NCBI RefSeq assembly: GCF_000008665.1
Contig: NC_000917.1
Location: forward strand, 300,001-332,000
Length of the DNA: 32,000 bases
From: Archaeoglobus fulgidus DSM 4304
GTDB taxonomy: Archaea; Halobacteriota; Archaeoglobi; Archaeoglobales; Archaeoglobaceae
Direction: 5' to 3'
The position numbers were made by a program, and so were the translations under genes. Under the pieces are notes generated by a model. The model worked only from the letters and a program-made list of their open reading frames with translations, did no database searches and was not told the DNA's origin. Positions 15,997 to 23,139 of the stretch are shown here, piece after piece. The stretch's first letter is position 1; every line of letters begins with the position of its first letter.

Positions 15997-16611
15997 TCAT
16001 CTCTTTTCAAGCCGTGCAGAGTAACCTGCTCCCTCAACAGCCTCAACGAGTTTCTGCAGCTCCGCTTCCTCGTCAACCTCAACAACAGCCCTGTCCAGCC
16101 CAATTTCAACAACATTCGCTCCGGCCTCTTCAAGAGCCGCCTTTACAGCGCTAACACACCCCATGCATGTGAGACCGTCAAGCTTAATTTCCACTCTTTT
16201 AGCCGCTTTCTTCTCACCTCCAACGGGAAATCCCAGCCTCTCCAGATGCCAGTGGCAGCATCTCCCGGATGGGTTGGTAACGACGCACCATTTTCCTTTT
16301 CCTGCTCCCGTGATCTCGACAGCTTTCTCCTTTCCGAACTTTTCGGCAGCTTCCAACAGCATCTTCTCTGTAACCCTGTTGCAGTAGCAAACCGGCTTTG
16401 GTTCTTCCCGTTCCTTAACACCCACTCTCGTCTTCAGCTCACCCTTCCTAAAGACCGTTTGCTCGTTGAAGTAAACAACCTCGCAGCTCTCCAAAGAGCA
16501 GAAGTAAAAATCCCCTTTGATTTTACTCCAGAGTCCCTCCTTAACGTGTGCGCCGACGGTCAGCGGCAAAACTCTCCATCCTTCCGTGCTGCATTCTGGG
16601 CATCGCATCAT
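15997..16611 (-). CDS. copZ: Copper chaperone CopZ with Cys-rich Zn/[2Fe-2S]-type N-terminal domain and C-terminal HMA domain
   Basis: The N-terminus has MMRCPECS.., FYFCSLESC, CYCN and CC. The C-terminal ferredoxin-like HMA domain carries GLTCMGC (CxxC). Length is 204 aa. Confidence 0.85.
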   Translation of the reverse strand: MMRCPECSTEGWRVLPLTVGAHVKEGLWSKIKGDFYFCSLESCEVVYFNEQTVFRKGELKTRVGVKEREEPKPVCYCNRVTEKMLLEAAEKFGKEKAVEITGAGKGKWCVVTNPSGRCCHWHLERLGFPVGGEKKAAKRVEIKLDGLTCMGCVSAVKAALEEAGANVVEIGLDRAVVEVDEEAELQKLVEAVEGAGYSARLEKR

Positions 16612-16763
16612 TTTTCTTCACCACATTCTCCTGAAAAGCTTTTTCACTCAAAGAGTTCAACAGTCTTACAGATTGACTTCACTACAACTTTACCACACGC
16701 CATTTTTCTTTTTAATTTCAAAACCGCAAAAAACTATTAAGCTTAGAAATTAAACTGAACCAC

Positions 16764-17723
16764 ATGAGTCTGAAAGAGTTCAAGATAGGGTGGTTTGCGA
16801 CGATTCTTGGGACTGGTGGAGTGGCCATAGCATCGCTGCCGTATTTTCCGGTGCTAAGCGTAGTTCTGACCTACCTTCTTACAGCAATCTTTGTTATTCT
16901 AACCGCAGTATGGCTGGCGAAAATAATCAGATATCCGAGGGTTGTGGCGGCAGAACTGGGACATTTTGTTATGGGAAACTTCTACCCTCTGCAACCCATT
17001 TCAGCGGTCATTCTCGCCATACTCTACAGGAAGCTCGGAATTCCCCTTGACCTGCCGCTTCTCGCTTACGGAGCTGGGCTCATTTTAGTCCTCACCGTCT
17101 ATCTCTCCTACCATTTCTTCGCCAACGTTAAGGCTGAGATTCACCACATCCATGGTGGATGGTTCATCCCTCCCGTCTCGACCATACTTGTCACAGACGC
17201 TCTGCTGCAGTACTCACCGAACGAGACCTTTTTCGTTACCTCGCTGATTTACTTCGGAATAGGTTTGATGCTGTTTCTCTTCATTTCCACGATACTCTTT
17301 CTCAGACTCGTGAACCACGAACTTCCGGTTTTCGAACTCGCACCCACAAACTTCATACTCCTCGCTCCGATAGGCATACTGATCGTTGATTTCACGCTTA
17401 TAGCAAAGCACGCAGAAGCAATATTCTCCGCAAATCTCGTTCCTCTGGCGTTGATTGCATCAATTTCGCTCTGGGGATTCGGGCTGTGGGCTCTTGCAGT
17501 TAACATTTTACTTCTTCTCAGGTACCTCAGACAAGAGATGCCCTTTTTCCTCGGCTGGTGGAGCTACGTCTTCCCCACCGCAGCCTACACACTTTCAACC
17601 ATCGCGCTTTCACACTTCGTGCCAGTGTTTAGCTACGCAGCAACTGCCCTCTACGCGTTCCTCATTGCAGCGTGGGCCATTATTGGAGTTAGAACTGTTG
17701 GCATAGCGATTAGAGGAGCTTGA
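16764..17723 (+). CDS. TDT-family transporter (TehA / Mae1 / SLAC1-like C4-dicarboxylate or anion channel)
   Basis: About 10 TM helices, with the N-terminal signature FKIGWFATILGTGGVAIA. Confidence 0.75.
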   Translation: MSLKEFKIGWFATILGTGGVAIASLPYFPVLSVVLTYLLTAIFVILTAVWLAKIIRYPRVVAAELGHFVMGNFYPLQPISAVILAILYRKLGIPLDLPLLAYGAGLILVLTVYLSYHFFANVKAEIHHIHGGWFIPPVSTILVTDALLQYSPNETFFVTSLIYFGIGLMLFLFISTILFLRLVNHELPVFELAPTNFILLAPIGILIVDFTLIAKHAEAIFSANLVPLALIASISLWGFGLWALAVNILLLLRYLRQEMPFFLGWWSYVFPTAAYTLSTIALSHFVPVFSYAATALYAFLIAAWAIIGVRTVGIAIRGA

Positions 17724-17733
17724 CCGCAAACAC

Positions 17734-17748
17734 TTTTCCTTTTTCTTT
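17734..17748 (+). terminator. Oligo-T tracts downstream of the TDT transporter gene
   Basis: T4, T5 and T3 runs lie within 15 nt, starting 11 nt after the stop codon. Confidence 0.35.
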
Positions 17749-17806
17749 ACCATTATTAGCTCCTCTTTAACAGAAAAAGCGCTGGAGACACTCTCGTTTT
17801 TCTTTG

Positions 17807-17821
17807 GTTTAAATTTTAAAC
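17807..17821. promoter_or_regulatory. Perfect palindrome GTTTAAA-T-TTTAAAC just upstream of the TATA box of the AhpD-like gene
   Basis: Read directly from the sequence. The TATA-like TTTATATT at 17831-17838 lies 21-28 nt upstream of ATG 17859. Confidence 0.35.
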
Positions 17822-17858
17822 GACAAAGGATTTATATTATTACTTTCTAAACAAAAAC

Positions 17859-18239
17859 ATGGTAGAAGGTAGTCAGGAGGCAAAGGTCGCAGAGATACTC
17901 CAAAAAATGGAGGAGATGATAGGCGAGGAGCCAAAGCCGCAGAAGCTATTCTCCAAGGTCGCTCCGGAGTGGCTGGAGAGGCAGATGGATGAGAGGCAGT
18001 TCGTGATGAGCCTTGAGAGCATTCCTGAGAAGTACAAGCACCTGATAATGATTGCCGTTGCAGCTGCAGTGGGAAGCAAGATGTGCACAGAGGTTTTCAC
18101 GAAGATTGCAAAGCGGAGGGGTGTGAGCGAGAGGGAGATTGGAGAAGCTATACTGGTTGCAAGGTTCGCCTTAGCTTCGACGATCTTCGCAACCGTAACT
18201 CCAGCATTGGAATGGCTTGAGGGAGGTGATGAAGAATGA
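17859..18239 (+). CDS. Carboxymuconolactone decarboxylase (CMD) / AhpD-like family protein
   Basis: The core PEKYKHLIMIAVAAAVGSKMCTEVFTKIAKRRGVSEREIGEAILVA is typical of the CMD family. Only one Cys sits at the usual CxxC position. Confidence 0.7.
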   Translation: MVEGSQEAKVAEILQKMEEMIGEEPKPQKLFSKVAPEWLERQMDERQFVMSLESIPEKYKHLIMIAVAAAVGSKMCTEVFTKIAKRRGVSEREIGEAILVARFALASTIFATVTPALEWLEGGDEE

Positions 18240-18490
18240 AAGTTCTCGTTCCGCTGGACTTCTCGAAGGAGGCGGAGAAGGCGCTTGAGAAGTACGACGT
18301 TGAGAAGAGGATTGTAAAGGCAGGGAAATGCTGGAAAGTAATCATCGACACAGCGGAGGAGGAAGGAGTTGACATGATAGTGATGACGGAGAGGGGAAGT
18401 GGTGCGGTTGCGGAGATCGGCGATGCGCTCGGCTCCTGTGCTGAGAAGGTTGCGAGGCATGCCAGAAACCCTGTGTTAATAGTGAGGTGA
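18236..18490 (+). CDS. Shortened universal stress protein (UspA-like, 84 aa)
   Basis: Has a USP N-terminus (MKVLVPLDFSKEAEKAL) and C-terminus (VDMIVMTERGSG..LGSCAEKVARHARNPVLIVR), but about 50 central residues are missing. Its ATGA overlaps the upstream gene. Confidence 0.6.
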   Translation: MKVLVPLDFSKEAEKALEKYDVEKRIVKAGKCWKVIIDTAEEEGVDMIVMTERGSGAVAEIGDALGSCAEKVARHARNPVLIVR

Positions 18491-18495
18491 TTTGA

Positions 18496-19055
18496 ATGGA
18501 CCCGATAACCGCCACGCTGCTTTTCGTTACCGGGCTGATAGCCGGAACGCTCGGCGGTCTGCTTGGCATTGGTGGCTGCGTTATAATGCTCCCTGCCCTC
18601 GCATTCCTCTTCAACTACCCGCTGCCGGTAGCGATAGGGACGACGATAACGGCTGTGATTTTAACCGCAAGCTCCGGAGCTGTAGGCCACATAAGGCTGA
18701 AGAACGTGGACTACTCAACTGCAAAGGTTGTTGCGGCAAGCGGTGCGGTTGGGGCTGCAGTTGGGAGCATAATCTTCTTCTACATCGCAAACCAGCTGTG
18801 GCTTCTGAACTTCATCCTCGGCTTTGCCTTCCTCTACGTCAGCATAGGATGATTTACGAGGGAACGATAAAGAGGGCGATGCCCGAAAAGCCCGGAAATG
18901 AGGTTCCCGGCTCAAGCACGGCGAAAGCAACCATAGGATTCGTTATAGGTATCATCACGGGAATCGTCGGGCTTGGAGGAGGATACGCTCTTGTTCCTTC
19001 ATTCATATACCTCCTCGGCTCGGCCGTGAAAATAGCCGTTGGCACCTCACTGGCT
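18496..19055 (+). pseudogene. Decayed TauE/SafE (DUF81) sulfite-exporter-family membrane protein: frameshifted and 3'-truncated
   Basis: The first half (118 aa; GLLGIGGCVIMLPAL..AIGTT) ends at TGA 18850-18852. The second repeat (GIVGLGGGYALVPSF..AVGTSLA) continues in another frame from about 18849. No hydrophobic continuation exists in any frame after about 19055. Confidence 0.7.
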
Positions 19056-19183
19056 GAAGTACTGCTACCTCCGTTTCTACCTCAGACCAAAGTTCATATG
19101 GAAGGAAATCAGAAAGGGTCGCTTTAAGGTTGTCCAGGAGATTGTAATGAGGGCTATAAAGGGAGGTAGGGAGAGCTAAATCA

Positions 19184-19266
19184 TGCGGGGGGAGGGATTC
19201 GAACCCTCGAACCCCTACGGGACTGGACCCTAAATCCAGCGCCTTTGGCCGCTCGGCAACCCCCGC
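19184..19266 (-). tRNA. tRNA-Leu (anticodon UAG), class II with long variable arm, no encoded CCA, no intron
   Basis: Hand-folded cloverleaf. Acceptor stem is GCGGGGG/CCCCCGC. Anticodon stem is CTGGA/TCCAG with loop TTTAGGG. The T arm is GAGGG-TTCGAAT-CCCTC, and a long variable arm is present. Confidence 0.9.
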
Positions 19267-19308
19267 TTAAATTGCGTTTACGTAGCGGATAAAGAAAATT
19301 TTGGTCGC

Positions 19309-19989
19309 TTAAAAAATCTCCGCTTCTTCGTAAACAACTATTCCAGAATCGGTGATGATGTATGGCTTGGGCTTTCTTGAATGCTTGACTCTCCTCATTT
19401 TAACGACCTCAAGCCCCAAGGTGGGCTCATCGAGCTCGCTCTTCCTGACAACCTTCAGGCTGATCATACCATCGCAGATGTACTCCAGAATTCCGTACTT
19501 CGAGGTGTTCGGCTGGTATTTGTCCGCCTCGCTTGTAATTATTGCGGTAATGCCGTTTTCCTTGAGCATTTTTCTGAAAGCTGCGAGCATGCTGTATCTG
19601 CCTGCATCATCGAAAAGCGTCTCGAGAACGCTTATGGAATCAACCAGCATTCTACTAACTCCTAAACTTCTGACGATCTCAGGTAAATCGCTCTCCAGCT
19701 TTTCGAGGCTTTTTTTAACCTCCGACGCCTCCAGCCTGACTATGTGGACTTTGTCTCCAAAGGCCGTCAAGTCCATTCCCACGCTCTTAGCATCCCCAAT
19801 TATGCTCTCCTCATCCTCGTCAAAGCTAATAATCATGCACGCCTCCCCATTCTTCAAGCCCTCGTAGATGAAGTGCAGACCCAGCGTCGTCTTGCCGGTT
19901 CCGTACTGGCCAACAACCGCAACAATATGCCCCTCGGGAATCCCCCCACCCAGAATTGCATCCAGTCCCTCAATCCCCGTCTTCAGCAT
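19309..19989 (-). CDS. KaiC/RadC-like RecA-superfamily ATPase, single domain, all catalytic motifs intact (cassette gene D)
   Basis: Has GIEGLDAILGGGIP, Walker A GQYGTGKT, the acidic cluster ISFDEDEE, Walker B RMLVDS and KMRRVKHS. Confidence 0.85.
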   Translation of the reverse strand: MLKTGIEGLDAILGGGIPEGHIVAVVGQYGTGKTTLGLHFIYEGLKNGEACMIISFDEDEESIIGDAKSVGMDLTAFGDKVHIVRLEASEVKKSLEKLESDLPEIVRSLGVSRMLVDSISVLETLFDDAGRYSMLAAFRKMLKENGITAIITSEADKYQPNTSKYGILEYICDGMISLKVVRKSELDEPTLGLEVVKMRRVKHSRKPKPYIITDSGIVVYEEAEIF

Positions 19990-19998
19990 CCGACCACC

Positions 19999-20760
19999 TC
20001 ACATGACCCTCATGATCCTCGAAATCGTGAAGCCTATTACAGGATCGATTTTTACTGAGTATTTAACAATTCTCTCCTTTTCTATCTTGGGCAGCAGTCC
20101 AAGGAACTTTCTAAAGTACATCCAACGCAGTATTGTGTCTTTTTCAACTGACCACTCAAAAATGACCACTCCATCAGCCTGGTCGAGCATTTCCTCTTCC
20201 TTCCCCTTCTCGAAAACCTCCGAAGTCAGGAGAGCGGTTAGCAGAATGTTGTTCTTTATACAGTAAACCCTTATACCCTTCAGCAGGTCAACGAAGTTCT
20301 CCCAGCCAAGTCTGTTCACCGCCGCCCTGGCAAGGTCTGTGAGGGAGTCCAAAAAAACGTAGCTGTTACTCTCAAGGCCGTCAAAGAACTCAACGAGCTT
20401 CGTAAACAGATTCTTCTCACCCTTCAATAGCTCGATCGCAACTCCCCTCTCAGAAACCCACTTGAGGGGAACAAGCGTGTCCTTGAAGTAAAAGTCCGCA
20501 AGGCTCACTACTTCAATATCAGGTACGCTGCCCCTTTCGGGGATGGCGCTTTCGAGCTCCTTTTTAACGACGTCAATTGGCTTTGAGATGGACAGATACC
20601 GGATTTTGAACTTGTCCGCGTTGTTGAACATCGAAGTTACTGCAAACTCTCTGCCCCCTGCTCCGGCGTTCTCGTAGAGAATCACCAAACCCGGTGGGAA
20701 GCCCCCTATCTGCTTGTCCAGAAATTCGAGGCCTGTTGGAAAAGTCTCAGTCAACTTCAA
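19999..20760 (-). CDS. KaiC-like paralog with degenerate P-loop (cassette gene C)
   Basis: TGLEFLDKQIGGFPPG is conserved, but the P-loop position reads ENAGAGGREF (no GK[TS]). A Walker B-like YVFLDSLTDL is retained. Confidence 0.7.
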   Translation of the reverse strand: MKLTETFPTGLEFLDKQIGGFPPGLVILYENAGAGGREFAVTSMFNNADKFKIRYLSISKPIDVVKKELESAIPERGSVPDIEVVSLADFYFKDTLVPLKWVSERGVAIELLKGEKNLFTKLVEFFDGLESNSYVFLDSLTDLARAAVNRLGWENFVDLLKGIRVYCIKNNILLTALLTSEVFEKGKEEEMLDQADGVVIFEWSVEKDTILRWMYFRKFLGLLPKIEKERIVKYSVKIDPVIGFTISRIMRVM

Positions 20761-21307
20761 TCACCTCATCGACCATCAGGGAAATCTGGGAGTAGTAGCT
20801 CTCGTCCATTTCCTTCTCAATGGTGAAGATTGTTCCTACAAAACCCCTTAACCTCATTTTTCCTGTGAGATGCCTCAGGAACTTAACGAGGGTTTCAAAG
20901 GACTTGTAGAGAGATATCGTCGAGAGGGAGTCGAGGTAAATGAACCTATTATTTACTGTAACCAGGTCCATTGCCCTCTCTATTGTTACCTGCAACTGTA
21001 CCGGATCGGGAGAGGTGAGGTAGAAGCACCTCTCCTCGTCAATAACCTGTCCACCGAGCTGAAGGGTAATGCAGTCGATGAAGTAAAGCTTGCTGATATC
21101 CACGCCCTCCTTCAGCAGCATCTTCTTCAGGCTGAAGTAGGGGCGGTTGAGGGTGACAAAGATTCCCTCCGCAAACTCCGTGAAGTGCTTGACCAGCTCT
21201 AAGCTCATCTTCACATACTTCTTCGAATCAACTTTAACCAGTATAATTTCCGCTCCGCGGTCTATAGCTTCTTTAACAAGCTCAACCGCGTTTGTATTCG
21301 TAGTCAT
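20747..21307 (-). CDS. N-terminally reduced RecA/KaiC-fold-like protein without P-loop (cassette gene B)
   Basis: No GxxGxGK[TS] is present. It retains a Walker B-like strand RFIYLDSLSTISL and KaiC-like C-terminal strands. It overlaps its neighbours by 26 and 14 nt. Confidence 0.55.
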   Translation of the reverse strand: MTTNTNAVELVKEAIDRGAEIILVKVDSKKYVKMSLELVKHFTEFAEGIFVTLNRPYFSLKKMLLKEGVDISKLYFIDCITLQLGGQVIDEERCFYLTSPDPVQLQVTIERAMDLVTVNNRFIYLDSLSTISLYKSFETLVKFLRHLTGKMRLRGFVGTIFTIEKEMDESYYSQISLMVDEVIEVD

Positions 21308-21998
21308 AGCTTCTCTTCACAATGTATCCGTCCTTTATAACCACACCCTCGTCAGTAATTTCGTAAGGAATCCACTCAAGCGGCACCCTCGTTCTGTACT
21401 TCTTCAGGATTCTCATCGCCCTCTGGTAACCTTCCTGAGTTCGCAGAAGGTTTAGGAAGATTACGCTGTCAACGATGTTCTTTGTGCTGCTCCAATCGCC
21501 CTGCATGGGAGCCTCCTCTATCCAGAGGGATGTAATCTCGTAATCGTAGGAGAGGTCCGACATGTAGGTCAAAGCCCTCCTGTAAAGCACCGGATCCGCC
21601 AGTGCGAGTTCGAGGTCTGTGCAGGAATCAAAAACGACTCTATCAATATCCTTACCGTCCATTCCGAAAGTTGCCCTTAGCCCTTCAACAATTTTCTCCC
21701 TCGTCAGCGGAAGAACGAACTTGGGGTCGACCCGTATGAACCTCCACTTTATTTTGTCGTAAACATCCTCCATGAACGGGAACCTGCCGAGATAGGCTTT
21801 GCAGTTTTTCTTGTTCATGGTGGTTGAGAGATACACAACAGTCTCATCATTTCTAGCCCCCTCCGCCGCCCAGTGTGCAGCAAGAATTGTTTTTCCAATT
21901 CCGCTCCTTCCAATGATCAGATTTTCGGTGTATCTGTCGAGTCCGCCGCCAAGCAACTCGTCCAGTCTGCTAATGCCGAACTTGGCAACATCGGTCAT
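21282..21998 (-). CDS. KaiC/RadC-like ATPase with intact P-loop but lacking the catalytic acidic pair (cassette gene A)
   Basis: Has GISRLDELLGGGL, Walker A GRSGIGKT and Walker B RVVFDS. The position of the KaiC EE motif reads YLSTTMNKK. Confidence 0.8.
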   Translation of the reverse strand: MTDVAKFGISRLDELLGGGLDRYTENLIIGRSGIGKTILAAHWAAEGARNDETVVYLSTTMNKKNCKAYLGRFPFMEDVYDKIKWRFIRVDPKFVLPLTREKIVEGLRATFGMDGKDIDRVVFDSCTDLELALADPVLYRRALTYMSDLSYDYEITSLWIEEAPMQGDWSSTKNIVDSVIFLNLLRTQEGYQRAMRILKKYRTRVPLEWIPYEITDEGVVIKDGYIVKRSYDYEYKRG

Positions 21999-22088
21999 AA
22001 AATAAATTGCGAATAATAGTAAATAAATTTTACTTGCAAAGTTGAAATAATGCGAAGCTGTTTAATACTTTCAGCCCCTCTTTCTTTC

Positions 22089-22259
22089 ATGCCTGCTGTG
22101 GTTGATGCTTCGCTGTGTGATGGCTGCGGCACTTGTGTAGATGAGTGCCCTGTTGGGGCTATAGAGCTCAACGACTACGCTCATGTGGATGAAGAGATAT
22201 GCACTGAATGCGGAGCTTGTGTAGACGTGTGCCCAACTGAGGCGATTAGCCTTGAGTAG
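22089..22259 (+). CDS. 2x[4Fe-4S] ferredoxin (56 aa)
   Basis: Has CDGCGTCVDECP and CTECGACVDVCP. I start it at MPAVVDASL, because the track's 13 extra N-terminal codons look non-native. Confidence 0.85.
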   Translation: MPAVVDASLCDGCGTCVDECPVGAIELNDYAHVDEEICTECGACVDVCPTEAISLE

Positions 22260-23139
22260 CGCAATAGGCTTCGGAGCTCTTAACCTCGACAAGATTTACA
22301 CCGTTGACAAAATCCCAAGGGAGGATGAAGAAGGCTTCGTCATCGATTTGAAGCTCTCTCCTGGTGGTAGTGCGGCAAACACAATTGTGGGGCTTTCGAG
22401 ACTAGGCATTGAGACAGCATACATAGGTAAGGTCGGAAGCGATGAAGAAGGCAGAATTCTCCTCGCTGATTTTGAAAGAGAGGGCGTGAGCACGGATTTC
22501 GTAATCAGGGCGGAGGGGAGAAGCGGAACTGCCATGATTTTCGTTGACGAGAAGGGAAACAGGGCCATCCTCGTCGATCCTGGTGTGAACGACACAATAG
22601 CCTACGATGAAATCGACGTCGATTCAGCGAGAAAGTACGACCTCATCCACCTAACTTCCTTCATATGCAAGAACGGTCTGGATTCGCTGAACTCGCAAAA
22701 AAGGATAGTTGAGGAGTTTGATAGTGTCAGCTTCGACCCCGGAATGCCCTACGCTGAGAGGGGACTGGGGGACATGGAGAAAATTCTGAAAAACACCACG
22801 ATATTCCTCCCAAACAGGCAGGAAATCGAGATGCTCTTTTCGGAGGATTACAGGACTGCAGCGGAACGCTGCATTGAAATGGGTATTGAAATAGTTGCGG
22901 TCAAGCTCGGCTCGGAGGGATGCTGGATAAAAAAGGGAGACAGGGAAGTTACCGTAAAGCCCGTGAGCACAAAGGTTGTTGACACAACGGGTGCGGGAGA
23001 TGCTTTCAACGCCGGATTCCTATATGGATACCTGAAAGGAAAGGACATAGAGGAGTGCGGAAGGCTCGGAAACTTTGTTGCGGCGAAGTGCATAGAAAAG
23101 TACGGTGCAAGAGAGGGCCTTCCTAGAAGTGTGGATTAA
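22252..23139 (+). CDS. PfkB-family carbohydrate/nucleoside kinase (ribokinase-like)
   Basis: Has GGSAANT and the signature [13 protein letters not shown]. The putative TTG start overlaps the ferredoxin stop by 8 nt. Confidence 0.85.

Noticed and set aside
17873-18460. 195-aa ORF on the minus strand
   Set aside because: It is antisense to the coupled CMD-like and USP-like genes, and its sequence is low-complexity.
18840-18856. Possible programmed frameshift in TauE
   Set aside because: I saw no slippery heptamer or downstream structure, and the gene is also truncated at its 3' end. Decay or a sequencing error is the simpler explanation.
18492-19127. 211-aa ORF spanning the TauE locus
   Set aside because: Only its middle part (about 18849-19055) matches the TauE second repeat. 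Its first ~120 codons are an out-of-frame read of the TauE first half, so it is a chimera created by the frameshift and not a gene.
19352-19867. 171-aa plus-strand ORF (similar ones at 19868-20266 and 20870-21202)
   Set aside because: These are antisense to the KaiC-like genes, whose Walker motifs define the true strand. They are Ser/Leu-rich shadow frames.
19184-22050. KaiC cassette as a tRNA-integrated mobile element
   Set aside because: I found no integrase gene, no duplicated partial tRNA (att) sequence in the window, and no obvious compositional break. The cassette lies on the 5' side of the tRNA.
22050-22088. 13-codon N-terminal extension of the ferredoxin ORF
   Set aside because: The extension (MRSCLILSAPLSF) is not ferredoxin-like. 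Clostridial-type ferredoxins begin a few residues before the first CxxCxxCxxxCP, as at M 22089.
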